A DNA stretch of 64,000 bases, taken from assembly GCA_963775655.1 (NCBI GenBank), contig CAVZJT010000012.1:41314-105313 (forward strand), in the 5' to 3' direction. The notes under the pieces were generated by a model that was not told where the DNA came from, ran no database searches, and was given only the letters and a program-made list of their open reading frames with translations. Position 1 is the stretch's first letter. Each line of letters begins with the position of its first letter. Positions 31,037-43,477 of this stretch are shown piece by piece. Made by a program: the position numbers and the translations under genes. Origin of the DNA: an uncultured Actinomycetota bacterium (GTDB lineage Bacteria > Actinomycetota > Actinomycetes > Mycobacteriales > QHCD01).

Positions 31037-32470
31037 ATGTCGCAGTCTCCGCTGATCCCCGACGTACTGGCGGCGCGTTATGCGTCCCCCGAGTTGGTCT
31101 CGCTGTGGTCGGCGGAGTCCAAGGTGGTGCTCGAACGCCGGCTCTGGCTAGCGGTGCTGCAGGCCCAGCGCGATCTCGGGGTCGACATCCCGCCGGCGGC
31201 TCTCGACGACTACGAGCGGGTGGTCGACAAGGTCGACCTGGCGTCGATCTCCGCCCGGGAACGCGTGACCCGGCACGACGTCAAGGCCCGCATCGAGGAG
31301 TTCGACGAGCTCGCCGGGCACCAGCACGCCCACAAGGGCATGACCAGCCGCGACCTCACCGAGAACGTCGAACAGCTGCAGATCCGCCGCTCGCTCGAGC
31401 ACGTCCGGGACCGCTCGGTCGCCGTGCTCGCTCGGCTGGCCCGGCTGGCCGGCGAACACTCCGCGCTGGTGATGGCCGGCCGCACGCACAACGTCGCGGC
31501 ACAGGCGACGACGCTGGGCAAGCGGTTCGCCAGCGCCGCCGACGAGCTGTTGGCGGCGTACCGGCGGACCGAGGACCTGCTGGCGCGCTACCCGCTCCGC
31601 GGCATCAAGGGCCCGGTCGGCACCGGCCAGGACATGCTCGACCTGCTCGGCGACGACCCCGAGCGCCTGCATCAGCTCGAGGACCGGGTGGCGGCTCATC
31701 TCGGCTTCGACGCGACGTTGACCAGCGTCGGGCAGATCTACCCCCGATCGCTGGACTACGACGTGCTGACCGCGCTGGTGCAGCTCGCCGCCGCGCCGTC
31801 CTCGCTCGCGACCACGATCCGGCTGATGGCGGGAAACGAGCTGGTCACCGAGGGATTCCAGGCCGGGCAGGTCGGCTCGTCGGCCATGCCGCACAAGATG
31901 AACACGCGATCCTGCGAACGGGTCAACGGCCTCGCCGTCGTCCTGCGCGGTTACGCCGGCATGCTCGGCGAGCTCGCCGGGGGGCAGTGGAACGAGGGCG
32001 ACGTCTCCGACTCGGTGGTACGCCGGGTCGCCCTGCCCGACGCGTTCTTCGCGATCGACGGGCTGCTCGAGACGTTCCTCACCGTGCTCGACGAGTTCGG
32101 GGTGTTTCCGGCGGTGGTCGCCCGCGAGCTCGACCGCTACCTGCCGTTCCTCGCCACCACCAAGGTGCTGATGGCGGCGGTCCGCGTCGGAGTGGGCCGC
32201 GAGACCGCGCACGAGCTGATCGGCCAGCACGCGGTCGCCGTCGCGCTGGCGATGCGGGAGAGCGGCGCGGAACGCAACGACCTGCTCGACCGGCTCGCCG
32301 CCGATCCCGCGTTGCCGCTGGATCGGGCTGCGTTGGACGGCCTGCTGGTCGACCCGCTGTCGTTCACCGGCGCGGCGCAGGCGCAGGTGGCTGCGGTCAT
32401 CGCCGCGGTGGAGCCGATCGTCGCCGGTCGGCCGGAGGCCGCGGCGTACCGACCGGGGCCGATTCTCTAG
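31037..32470 (+). CDS. purB: Adenylosuccinate lyase
   Basis: Long (~477 aa) actinobacterial-type PurB. GRTHNVAAQATTLGKR and GSSAMPHKMNTRSCE signatures. Confidence 0.93.
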   Translation: MSQSPLIPDVLAARYASPELVSLWSAESKVVLERRLWLAVLQAQRDLGVDIPPAALDDYERVVDKVDLASISARERVTRHDVKARIEEFDELAGHQHAHKGMTSRDLTENVEQLQIRRSLEHVRDRSVAVLARLARLAGEHSALVMAGRTHNVAAQATTLGKRFASAADELLAAYRRTEDLLARYPLRGIKGPVGTGQDMLDLLGDDPERLHQLEDRVAAHLGFDATLTSVGQIYPRSLDYDVLTALVQLAAAPSSLATTIRLMAGNELVTEGFQAGQVGSSAMPHKMNTRSCERVNGLAVVLRGYAGMLGELAGGQWNEGDVSDSVVRRVALPDAFFAIDGLLETFLTVLDEFGVFPAVVARELDRYLPFLATTKVLMAAVRVGVGRETAHELIGQHAVAVALAMRESGAERNDLLDRLAADPALPLDRAALDGLLVDPLSFTGAAQAQVAAVIAAVEPIVAGRPEAAAYRPGPIL

Positions 32471-32562
32471 CACGCTGCGTAACCGGCAGCGTGACATCCA
32501 CCGCCGAACCCGTCTAGGGTCGCTGACCGGCCGGACTCGTGAGCTGATCTGGAGGTAAGTGG

Positions 32563-33369
32563 ATGCGACTCGCATTCAGCACGTTGGCATTTCCGTCCCA
32601 CCCGCTCGACGAGGTCGCGCAACTCGGCCGGGACTGGGGTTACGAGGGGATCGAGCTACGGCTGATCGACGGCGAGCTCATCGACCCGGCGACCGTCGAC
32701 CGGGACCGGGTACGCCGCACGATCAAGGACTCCGGCCTCGCCGTGACCGCGCTGGACAGCTCGATCCGGCTCACACAGGACGGCGCCGAGCAGGAGCTGC
32801 GGGACTTCCTGGAGCTAGCCAACGCATGGGAGGCCCCGTCCGTGCGGGTCTTCGGCGGTCCGGTGGGCGACGACGGCGCTGAGCGCAAGGCTGGGCTCGG
32901 CGCGGCGGCCCGCACGCTGGAGGCGACCGCGCCGGTCGCCGAGCGGCTCGGTGTGCAGATCGGGTTGGAGACCCACGACGCGTTCTCCGCGTCGCCGCTG
33001 GTCGCCGAGGTGCTGGCCATGGTGCCCGCGTCGTCGGTGGGTGCGGTGTGGGACAGCCACCACCCGTACCGGATGGGCGAGCAGGCGGCCGAGACGTTCG
33101 CCAACCTGGGCGACCGGCTCACGCTGGCGCAGGTGAAGGACGCCCGACGCAGCGACGACCAGCAGAGTGGCTGGCAGCTCGTGCTGCTCGGCGAGGGTGA
33201 GGTCCCGGTCCGAGACATGCTGCGGCTGCTCGCGGCCAGCGACTACGACGACTGGGTGTCGGTGGAGTGGGAGAAGAAGTGGCATCCGGAGATTGAGGAG
33301 CCTGAGGTCGCCCTTCCCCAGCACCTCGACGTGCTCCGCCAATGGCTCAAGGAGGACCAGGCGGGGTAG
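32563..33369 (+). CDS. Sugar phosphate isomerase/epimerase (xylose-isomerase-like TIM barrel)
   Basis: GYEGIELR.., IGLETHD, SVEWEKKWHPE pattern. Confidence 0.8.
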   Translation: MRLAFSTLAFPSHPLDEVAQLGRDWGYEGIELRLIDGELIDPATVDRDRVRRTIKDSGLAVTALDSSIRLTQDGAEQELRDFLELANAWEAPSVRVFGGPVGDDGAERKAGLGAAARTLEATAPVAERLGVQIGLETHDAFSASPLVAEVLAMVPASSVGAVWDSHHPYRMGEQAAETFANLGDRLTLAQVKDARRSDDQQSGWQLVLLGEGEVPVRDMLRLLAASDYDDWVSVEWEKKWHPEIEEPEVALPQHLDVLRQWLKEDQAG

Positions 33370-33384
33370 CGCGGCGCCTTCTGC

Positions 33385-33963
33385 TCAGTCGGCGAGGTCG
33401 AGCTCGTAGTGGATCAGGAGTTCGTGGTCCTCGGTGTGCCGCTGCCGCCCGGACGGCTTCCAGCCGAGCCGCTCGTAGAGGCTCCGCGCCCGGCTGTTGT
33501 TCGCGGGCGTCCACAGCTGGGCGCGCCGATAACCCTGGCGGGCCGCGCGCTCCACGGCATGCCGGAGGACGCTCTCGCCGTACCCGCGGCCCCACAGATC
33601 CGGGCGTACCGCGACCATCGTGACGTGGGCGAGGCCGGGTTCGGGTTGGTCGGAGGCGCCGTCGTCGGCCCGTCCCTGCACGACCACGGTCATCGCGGCG
33701 GGCTGGTCGCCGAGGCGGGCGATGAGCGGGATCGTGCCGGTGTGGCCGATCAGCGCGGTCAGCCGGCTGCGGGTCACCTTGAGGTCGGGGGAGTGGTCCG
33801 GATTCGACGAGGGCGACTCCGACTCGCGGCGGGCGGACTCGGCGTCGACCCAGAGCTTCGCGAGGTCGTCGACGCTCGACGGCCCGGCAAGGCGCATGAG
33901 CAGGTCCGGCCGGCGTCGCTCGGCCGTGGGGCGCAGGTTGTCTGCGTTCATGTCCGACACCAT
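33385..33963 (-). CDS. GNAT-family N-acetyltransferase
   Basis: [49 protein letters not shown] acetyl-CoA-binding motif. Start uncertain (33951, 33963 or 34002). Confidence 0.8.
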   Translation of the reverse strand: MVSDMNADNLRPTAERRRPDLLMRLAGPSSVDDLAKLWVDAESARRESESPSSNPDHSPDLKVTRSRLTALIGHTGTIPLIARLGDQPAAMTVVVQGRADDGASDQPEPGLAHVTMVAVRPDLWGRGYGESVLRHAVERAARQGYRRAQLWTPANNSRARSLYERLGWKPSGRQRHTEDHELLIHYELDLAD

Positions 33964-34016
33964 GCCAGCAGTGTGCTCGCAGAACGCTGTTCTGGCAGCC
34001 ATGTCAGACTCGCTTC

Positions 34017-34892
34017 GTGACCGAGAGATCTGGGGAGCTCACGCGGATCGCGGCCGGCAAGGTCCGCGACATCTACGCCGTCGACGACGAGCACCTGCTG
34101 CTGGTGGCCAGCGACCGCATCTCGGCGTACGACTGGGTGCTGCCGACGCCGATCCCGGACAAGGGCCGAATCCTCACCGCGCTGTCCGCGTGGTGGTTCG
34201 ACCAACTGGCCGATCTGGTCCCGCACCACCTCGTGTCGCTCGACGACCCGCGGATCCCGGCCGAGGCGGCCGGGCGGGCGATGCTGGTCCGCCGACTGCA
34301 GATGGTGCCGGTCGAGTGCGTGGCGCGGGGCTACCTGACCGGCTCGGGTCTGCTCGACTACGACCGCACGGGCGAGGTGTGCGGCATCAGGCTTCCGGCC
34401 GGGCTGGTCGACGGTTCGCGGCTGCCCGAGCCGATCTTCACGCCGACCACCAAGGCGCCCCTGGGCGAACACGACACGGCGATGACCTACGACGCGGTCG
34501 TCGCGTCGGTCGGCGGCCCGGCCGCCGCCGAACTGCGCGACCGGACCCTCGCCATCTACGCCCGTGGTGAGCAGGTCGCCCGCGACCGGGGCATCGTGCT
34601 GGCCGACACCAAGCTGGAGTTCGGGCGCGACCCGGACGGCCGTCTGGTCCTCGCCGACGAGGTGCTGACTCCTGACTCGTCCCGGTTCTGGCCGGCGCAG
34701 ACCTGGCAACCCGGCCGCGCGCAGCCGTCGTACGACAAGCAGTACGTCCGCGACTGGCTCGTCTCGCCGGCGTCCGGCTGGGACCGTGGCTCGGGCCAAC
34801 CGCCTCCGCCGCTGCCGGACGACGTGGTCGCCGCGACCCGGGGCCGCTATGTCGAGGCCTACGAACAACTCACCGGCCGCACCTGGTCCTGA
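34017..34892 (+). CDS. purC: Phosphoribosylaminoimidazole-succinocarboxamide synthase
   Basis: [32 protein letters not shown]. Confidence 0.95.
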   Translation: MTERSGELTRIAAGKVRDIYAVDDEHLLLVASDRISAYDWVLPTPIPDKGRILTALSAWWFDQLADLVPHHLVSLDDPRIPAEAAGRAMLVRRLQMVPVECVARGYLTGSGLLDYDRTGEVCGIRLPAGLVDGSRLPEPIFTPTTKAPLGEHDTAMTYDAVVASVGGPAAAELRDRTLAIYARGEQVARDRGIVLADTKLEFGRDPDGRLVLADEVLTPDSSRFWPAQTWQPGRAQPSYDKQYVRDWLVSPASGWDRGSGQPPPPLPDDVVAATRGRYVEAYEQLTGRTWS

Positions 34893-34955
34893 GCCGCCGT
34901 GCGGCGCGCCTGGCCTGGCTTGGCGTGGCTTGGCGTGGAGTGCATGGCGTGGCGC

Positions 34956-35160
34956 GGACAAAACCCACTACTAGTGGGTTTTGGGCACCCCGTACGGCGT
35001 GTCGTGGACCAAAACCCACTAGTAGTGGGTTTTGTCCAGCCGGTCGCCTGCCGTCGCGCCGCCCACCCCTCGACCCCTGACCAAAACGCACTAGGAGTGC
35101 GTTTTGGGGGGCTCGTACGGCGTGTCGTGGACCACAACGCACTAGGAGTGCGTTTTGGTC
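34956..35160. repeat. Two family B hairpin doublets (CCAC type 34956-35037, GCAC type 35079-35160)
   Basis: Same architecture as 22358-22573 but with the opposite order of the two subtypes. Both spacers read GTACGGCGTGTCGTGG. Confidence 0.9.
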
Positions 35161-35240
35161 GAGCGCCGAGCGCCGAGCGCCGAGCGCCGAGCGCCGAGCG
35201 CCGAGCGCCGAGCGCCGAGCGCCGAGCGCCGAGCGCCGAG
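35161..35240. repeat. Heptanucleotide microsatellite (GAGCGCC) x 11.4
   Basis: Eleven perfect tandem GAGCGCC units plus GAG, directly abutting the family B element and 95 nt upstream of purS. Confidence 0.95.
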
Positions 35241-35335
35241 GCGGGCGGTCGTTTCGGGGGGCGGTCCGTTTGGTCGGGGACGGCGATGGGCGGCTACCCT
35301 GGCTGTGCCGATCCCGACTGCCGCAAGGAGAGCAC

Positions 35336-35599
35336 GTGCGCGTCGTCGTCGACGTCATGCTCAAGCCGGAGATCCTCGATCCGCAGGGCCAGGCGATCGC
35401 CGCCGCCCTGCCCCGGATGGGCTTCACGGGAGTACGGGACGTCCGCGCCGGCAAGCATTTCGAGCTCGAGGTCGACCCCGAGGTCTCCGACGAGACCGTC
35501 CACCAGATCGCCGACACGCTGCTGGCCAACCCGGTGATCGAGGACTTCACCATCACCACCGAGCCCGCGACCGCGTCCGATCCGGTCCGGCCGGCATGA
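35336..35599 (+). CDS. purS: Phosphoribosylformylglycinamidine synthase subunit PurS
   Basis: [36 protein letters not shown] ribosome-binding site before the GTG at 35336. Confidence 0.9.
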   Translation: MRVVVDVMLKPEILDPQGQAIAAALPRMGFTGVRDVRAGKHFELEVDPEVSDETVHQIADTLLANPVIEDFTITTEPATASDPVRPA

Positions 35600-36269
35600 C
35601 CGCCCGGATCGGGGTGGTCACGTTCCCTGGCTCCCTCGACGACCGCGACGCCGCCCGCGCTGCCCGGCTGGCCGGCGCCGTGCCGGTCCCGCTGTGGCAC
35701 GCCGACCCCGTACTCCCCGAGGTCGACGCGGTCGTGCTGCCCGGCGGCTTCTCCTACGGCGACTACCTGCGGGCCGGGGCGATCGCCCGGTTCGCGCCGG
35801 TGATGGAACGCGTCGTGGCGGCCGCCCGCGACGGGCTGCCGGTGCTCGGCATCTGCAACGGCTTCCAGGTGCTCTGCGAGGCCCACCTGCTGCCCGGCGC
35901 CCTGCTCCGCAACGCCGGCATGCGCTTCGTCTGCCGCGACCAGCGGCTGCGGGTCGACAACGCCACGACGGCGTGGACCTCGGCGTACGACGACGGAGCC
36001 GAGATCGTCGTCCCGATCAAGAACGGCGAGGGTGGTTACGTCGCCGACGCCCGCACCCTCGACGCGCTCGAGGCCGAGGGCCGGGTCGTCGTCCGCTACG
36101 TCGGCGGCAACCCCAACGGCTCGGCCCGCGACATCGCCGGCGTCTGCAACGAGACCGGCACCGTCGTCGGGCTGATGCCGCATCCCGAGCACGCCACCGA
36201 GGCCCTGACGGGTCCCGGCGCCGACGGGCTCGGCTTCTTCACCTCCGTCCTGCATCGGCTGGTGGGTGC

Positions 36270-36273
<4 letters not shown>
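35596..36273 (+). CDS. purQ: Phosphoribosylformylglycinamidine synthase subunit PurQ (glutaminase)
   Basis: [37 protein letters not shown] overlap with purS. Confidence 0.95.
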
Positions 36274-38519
<2,246 letters not shown>

Positions 38520-38566
38520 CCGGGACAGGACGTTCCCGGCAAACGCCGTGGCGATAACGTCGGGTA

Positions 38567-39355
38567 ATGCCGCCCCGTCGACACGACGTTCGCCAGCTCG
38601 GCGCCGCCATCCAGGCGCAGGCGAAGGCGATCGGTGACTACCTCGAGCATCTCGATCCGCCGGCGTGGACCCGGCCCACCGAGCTGCAGGGCTGGTCGGT
38701 GACCGAGCTCGCCGTGCACCTGACCGAGATCCTCGCGCTGATCGCGGACATCGTGCCGCGCCCGATCACCGACCCGCCAATGGCCGTCGCCGACTACCTC
38801 GCCGCGCTGCCCGGTGCGGCGGACCAGATCCGCGACCGCGTCGTCGGCGCCGTGGCCGGCCGGACCCCGCCGGAGCTCGTCGCGGACTACCGCGAGCAGA
38901 GCGACCGGGCCGGGAAGGTGCTCGCCCACGTCGGCGACACCGTGGTCGTGGCCGCTCCCCGCGGGCCGCTGCGGATCGGCGACTTCCTCGCCACCCGCGC
39001 CGTCGAGTTGGTAGTGCACAGCGACGACCTCGCCTGCGCACGGTCCGACCGGCCCGGCCCGCCACTCACCCGCGACGCGTCGGCGGCCGCCGTACGCCTG
39101 CTCGCCGGCGTGCTGGCGACGCGGGCGCCGGGCCGGGCGGTCGAGTTGCGCATCCCGCCGTACGCCGCAGTGCAGTGCATCGCCGGCCCCCGGCACACCC
39201 GCGGCACCCCGCCGACGGTCATCGAGACCGATCCGGTGACCTGGCTGCGGGTGGCGACCGGCCGGCTCGGGTGGGCGGAGGCGGTCGCCCGCGGAGACGT
39301 CAGCGCAAGCGGCGAACGCAGCGACCTCTCGGCCCACCTCCCACTGCTGTCCTGA
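38567..39355 (+). CDS. Sterol-carrier-family protein with mycothiol-maleylpyruvate-isomerase-like N-terminal domain
   Basis: N-terminal WTRPTELQGWSVTELAVHL (DinB/MDMPI-like). C-terminal [26 protein letters not shown].. . Sits between purL and purF. Confidence 0.6.
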   Translation: MPPRRHDVRQLGAAIQAQAKAIGDYLEHLDPPAWTRPTELQGWSVTELAVHLTEILALIADIVPRPITDPPMAVADYLAALPGAADQIRDRVVGAVAGRTPPELVADYREQSDRAGKVLAHVGDTVVVAAPRGPLRIGDFLATRAVELVVHSDDLACARSDRPGPPLTRDASAAAVRLLAGVLATRAPGRAVELRIPPYAAVQCIAGPRHTRGTPPTVIETDPVTWLRVATGRLGWAEAVARGDVSASGERSDLSAHLPLLS

Positions 39356-39369
39356 CCCGGCACCGCACT

Positions 39370-39438
39370 CCCCCCATGATCAAGAGGGAATTCGTACGGC
39401 GTTTCGTACCGGAATCCCCTCTTGATCATGGGCGGGGG
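39370..39438. repeat. Family C long hairpin with GGCGTTTCG loop core
   Basis: CCATGATCAAGAGGGAATTCGTAC / GTACCGGAATCCCCTCTTGATCATGG arms (about 22 of 25 paired) around GGCGTTTC, flanked by C and G runs. About 100 nt upstream of purF. Confidence 0.85.
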
Positions 39439-39542
39439 TGGCGGGTGGTCCTGCGTGCCGGGACGGCGGGCGGGTGCCGGGGGCTGCTCGCGGTCGTGGC
39501 TACACTCGGGGACGCCCCCTTTACCTCGCCGAGGAGACACTG

Positions 39543-41048
39543 GTGCGCTTGACGCCCGGAGCTACTGGCGATCCATCCGAGGACGACATCCCCCACGACG
39601 AGTGCGGCGTATTCGGCGTCTGGGCACCCGGTGACGAAGTGGCCAAACTCGCCTACTACGGGCTCTACGCGCTGCAGCACCGCGGCCAGGAGGCGGCCGG
39701 GATGGCCGTCAGCGACGGCAGCGCGTTGCTCGTCTACAAGGACCTCGGCCTGGTCGCCCAGGTCTTCGACGAGTCGATCCTGGCCAGCCTGCGCGGGCAC
39801 ATCGCGGTCGGCCACACCCGCTACTCGACCACCGGCGCGGGGACCTGGGAGAACGCCCAGCCGACGTTCCGCACCACCAAGGCCGGCACCGGCCTCGCGC
39901 TCGCCCACAACGGCAACCTGGTCAACACGGCCGAGCTGGCCCGTCAGGTCGGCGCCGAGATCACCCCCGGGCTCACCGGCTCGACCACCGACTCCGACGT
40001 CGTCACCAAGTTGCTCGCGGCTCGGCCGGACCAGTCGCTCGAAGCCGCCGCGGTCGACATCCTCCCGCTCCTGCGGGGCGCCTTCACCCTGGTCTTCTGC
40101 GACGAGCACACCCTCTACGCCGCCCGCGATCCGCACGGCGTTCGGCCGCTCGTCCTCGGCCGGCTCGAGCGCGGCTGGGTGGTGGCCAGCGAGACCGCGG
40201 CGCTCGACATCGTCGGCGCCTCGGTGGTCCGCGAGATCGAGCCGGGCGAGCTGATCGCCGTCGACGAGGACGGGCTGCGGTCGCACCGCTTCGCCGAGGC
40301 CAAGCCGGCCGGCTGCCTCTTCGAATACGTCTACCTCGCCCGGCCGGACACCACCATCAGCGGGCGGGGCCTGCACGCCGCCCGGGTCGAGGTCGGCCGG
40401 CAGCTGGCTCGCGAGCACCCGGTCCCCGCCGATCTCGTCATCCCGGTTCCGGAGTCCGGTACGCCGGCCGCGATCGGCTACGCCGAGGAGTCGGGCATCC
40501 CCTACGGGCAGGGCCTGGTCAAGAACTCCTACGTCGGCCGTACCTTCATCCAGCCGTCCCAGACCATCCGCCAGCTCGGTATCCGGCTCAAGCTCAACCC
40601 GCTGCGGGACGTGATCCGCGGCAAGCGGCTGGTCGTCGTCGACGACTCGATCGTGCGCGGCAATACCCAGCGGGCTCTGGTCCGGATGCTGCGGGAAGCC
40701 GGCGCCGCCGAGGTGCACGTGCGGATCTCCAGCCCGCCGGTGCGGTGGCCGTGCTTCTACGGCATCGACTTCGCCACCCCCGCGGAGCTGGTCGCCAACG
40801 GCCTCGACGTCGAAGGTGTCCGCGCGTCGATCGGGGCCGACTCACTGCACTACGTGACCCTCGACGGCCTGATCGCGGCGACCGAACAGCCGAAGAACCG
40901 GCTCTGCCGGGCCTGCTTCGACGGCGAGTACCCGATCCCGCTCCCCTCCGACGAGATGATGGGCAAACACGTGCTGGAAGGCATCGCCCGCGGCATGGAG
41001 ACCCTGCCCGTGGGACTCGGCGGCCACGACGCCCTGCAGCGGCCGTGA
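39543..41048 (+). CDS. purF: Amidophosphoribosyltransferase
   Basis: CGVFGVW catalytic Cys, ALQHRGQE, VDDSIVRGNT, C-terminal Fe-S cysteines. GTG at 39543 after GAGGAG. Confidence 0.95.
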   Translation: MRLTPGATGDPSEDDIPHDECGVFGVWAPGDEVAKLAYYGLYALQHRGQEAAGMAVSDGSALLVYKDLGLVAQVFDESILASLRGHIAVGHTRYSTTGAGTWENAQPTFRTTKAGTGLALAHNGNLVNTAELARQVGAEITPGLTGSTTDSDVVTKLLAARPDQSLEAAAVDILPLLRGAFTLVFCDEHTLYAARDPHGVRPLVLGRLERGWVVASETAALDIVGASVVREIEPGELIAVDEDGLRSHRFAEAKPAGCLFEYVYLARPDTTISGRGLHAARVEVGRQLAREHPVPADLVIPVPESGTPAAIGYAEESGIPYGQGLVKNSYVGRTFIQPSQTIRQLGIRLKLNPLRDVIRGKRLVVVDDSIVRGNTQRALVRMLREAGAAEVHVRISSPPVRWPCFYGIDFATPAELVANGLDVEGVRASIGADSLHYVTLDGLIAATEQPKNRLCRACFDGEYPIPLPSDEMMGKHVLEGIARGMETLPVGLGGHDALQRP

Positions 41049-42130
41049 GCGGTCACCACTCCGAGTCGGGGCAGGGCTTCCCCGCCTCGACGTACGCCGC
41101 CGCCGGGGTCGACATCGAGGCCGGGGAGCGGGCCGTCGAGCTGATCCGGGCCCGGGCGAAGACGGCCAATCGCAGCGAGGTCGTCGGCGGCATCGGCGGT
41201 TTCGCCGGGCTGTTCGCCTTCGACACCAGCCGGTGGAAGCGGCCGCTGCTGGCGTCCTCCACCGACGGCGTGGGCACCAAGCTGGCCATCGCGCACGCCC
41301 TCGACATCCACGACACCGTGGGGCTGGACCTCGTCGGGATGGTCGCCGACGACGTCGTCGTCTGCGGCGCCGAGCCGCTCTTCCTGCAGGATTACGTCGC
41401 CTGCGGCCAGGTGGTCCCCGAGCGGATGGCCGACATCGTCGGTGGCATCGCGGAGGGCTGCCGGCTGGCCGGGTGCGCCCTCATCGGCGGCGAGACGGCC
41501 GAGCACCCCGGAATGCTCGAGCGCGACGAGTACGACATCGCCGGGACGGCCGTGGGTGCCGTCGAGGCCGATGCGGTGCTCGGCGCGGAGAAGGTCCAGG
41601 TCGGCGACGTGGTGCTCGCCCTGGGGTCGTCGGGGTTGCACTCCAACGGCTACTCCCTGGTCCGCCACATCCTGCTCGGGGTCGGGCGGATGCCGCTCGA
41701 CGCCGTGGTCGACGAGCTGGGCAGCGCGCGCACTCTCGGCGAGGAGTTGCTGACGCCGACCCGCATCTACAGCCTGGACTGCCTGGCGCTGATCGCCGAG
41801 GCCGACGTCCACGCCTTCGCCCACGTCACCGGCGGCGGGCTGGCCGGCAACGTGGCCCGGATCATGCCGGCCCACGCGGACGCGGTCATCGACCGGGGCA
41901 CCTGGCGCCCGCAGCCGATCTTCGACCTGGTGGCCACCCGGGGCCGGGTGGACGAGGCCGAGATGGAGCGCACCTTCAACATGGGTGTCGGAATGGTCGC
42001 GATCGTCGGCCACGACGACGTCGACCGCGCCCTCGCCCTCCTGATCGGCCGGCACGTGCCGGCCTGGGTGGCCGGCGAGATCGTCGACGGATCGGGCACC
42101 GCCCGGCTGACCGGTCAGTACCGCGACTGA
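41045..42130 (+). CDS. purM: Phosphoribosylformylglycinamidine cyclo-ligase
   Basis: YAAAGVDIEAG, GGIGGFAGLF, STDGVGTK, GLHSNGYSL. GTGA overlap with purF. Confidence 0.95.
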   Translation: MSGHHSESGQGFPASTYAAAGVDIEAGERAVELIRARAKTANRSEVVGGIGGFAGLFAFDTSRWKRPLLASSTDGVGTKLAIAHALDIHDTVGLDLVGMVADDVVVCGAEPLFLQDYVACGQVVPERMADIVGGIAEGCRLAGCALIGGETAEHPGMLERDEYDIAGTAVGAVEADAVLGAEKVQVGDVVLALGSSGLHSNGYSLVRHILLGVGRMPLDAVVDELGSARTLGEELLTPTRIYSLDCLALIAEADVHAFAHVTGGGLAGNVARIMPAHADAVIDRGTWRPQPIFDLVATRGRVDEAEMERTFNMGVGMVAIVGHDDVDRALALLIGRHVPAWVAGEIVDGSGTARLTGQYRD

Positions 42131-42131
42131 G

Positions 42132-42149
42132 CGTCGCCGTACGGCGACG
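42132..42149. terminator. Perfect palindrome between convergent genes (candidate bidirectional terminator)
   Basis: CGTCGCCGTACGGCGACG is self-complementary. It lies between the purM stop (42130) and the nitrilase stop (42158). No U tract. Confidence 0.35.
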
Positions 42150-42157
42150 GAGGCGGC

Positions 42158-43069
42158 TTACTCGTCGAAGGACACCGGCCGGCGCGGCCTGGTGTCGACG
42201 TGCAGGGCGAGGACGTCGGGTCGCGCATAGTGCCCGACCGGATCGAACTGCTGCCGATGTCGGCGTACCTCGGCGAGGTCGACCTCGGCGTAGAGGATGC
42301 CCTCCTCCTCGAGCAACGGCCCGGCGAGTATGTCGCCGCCCGGCGCCACGATGGTCGTGAAGCCGCGGCTCATCCAGTCGTCGTCCCCGCCGTAGACGTC
42401 GCCGCGCAGGTCGGCCGGGACGTCGGACCCGCGCAGCAGCGGCGCGACCCCGAGGACGTAGACCCGACCCTCCTTGGCGATGTGGCGGAGGGTGGCGACC
42501 CAGCTGTCGCTGTTGTCCCAGGTCGGAGCGAGGTAGATGTCGACCCCCCGCGCGTACATCGCCGCCCGTGCGAGCGGCATGTAGTTCTCCCAGCAGATGA
42601 GCCCACCGATCACCCCGAACGGCGCCCGGACGACGTCGAGCGTCGAGCCGTCGCCGTAGCCCCAGATCGTCCGCTCCCCGCCGGTCGGCATCAGCTTGCG
42701 GTGGCGACCCGCCAGTGACCCGTCGGGGGCGAAGTAGAGCAAGGTGTTGTAGAGGGTGCTGCCGTCGAGCTCGTCCACGCCGACGGCCACATAGGTCCCG
42801 AACGCTCGGGCCGCCTCACCGAGCTGCTCGGTGACGGGGCCGGGCACGGTGACCGACTGGTCGTGCAGGCGCGCGACGTAGCTGCTGTCGTTCCAGGCCG
42901 GCACCCGCCAGACCCAGTCCGGGTAAGCGGGGATGAATGCCTCGGGGAAGACGACGAGCTCGGCGCCGCGACCCGCGGCCTCGCCGATCAGCGCGCACGC
43001 CTTGTCGGTCGTCGCGGCACGATCGAGGAATACCGGGGTCGCCTGGACCGCGGCGACGGTGGCCATCAT
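42158..43069 (-). CDS. Carbon-nitrogen hydrolase (nitrilase-family)
   Basis: VVFPEAFIP (Glu), HRKLMPT (Lys), ICWENYMP (Cys) catalytic triad contexts. Confidence 0.9.
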   Translation of the reverse strand: MMATVAAVQATPVFLDRAATTDKACALIGEAAGRGAELVVFPEAFIPAYPDWVWRVPAWNDSSYVARLHDQSVTVPGPVTEQLGEAARAFGTYVAVGVDELDGSTLYNTLLYFAPDGSLAGRHRKLMPTGGERTIWGYGDGSTLDVVRAPFGVIGGLICWENYMPLARAAMYARGVDIYLAPTWDNSDSWVATLRHIAKEGRVYVLGVAPLLRGSDVPADLRGDVYGGDDDWMSRGFTTIVAPGGDILAGPLLEEEGILYAEVDLAEVRRHRQQFDPVGHYARPDVLALHVDTRPRRPVSFDE

Positions 43070-43133
43070 CGCCCAACCGGCGGCGCGGTCAGGCGTCCGG
43101 TCGGCGCGCGAGACCGGATACAGATCGTCCGGA

Positions 43134-43328
43134 TCAGCCGGACGAGGACTCCCAGCGGGCGTACTCGTCGTCGCTGTCGTCGCGATCGTCGGTCGACGAG
43201 CGTGAGGACGACGTCGTCGACGGCCCCGACAGCTCCTGCTGGAGCCGGTCGTAGTCGGGCGCGTGGCTGGAGTACTTCAGCTCACGCGCAACCTTGGTCT
43301 GCTTGGCCTTCGCCCGGCCGCGGCCCAT
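43134..43328 (-). CDS. DUF3073 small conserved actinobacterial protein
   Basis: MGRGRAKAKQTKVARELKYSS.. with an acidic/Ser-rich tail. 64 aa. Confidence 0.8.
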   Translation of the reverse strand: MGRGRAKAKQTKVARELKYSSHAPDYDRLQQELSGPSTTSSSRSSTDDRDDSDDEYARWESSSG

Positions 43329-43477
43329 GGCTTGACCCCCTCGCACAGAACACGGGGCGCCGTTGCTGCGGCAACCCCGATCTATGGCATCCGTTAGTAG
43401 CGCCCACGATACCGTGCCCGCTCTCCGCTGGCACCTCCGCCGGGGCGGGTAAAAGGCTGGAGCGGGCAGGCCCACGC

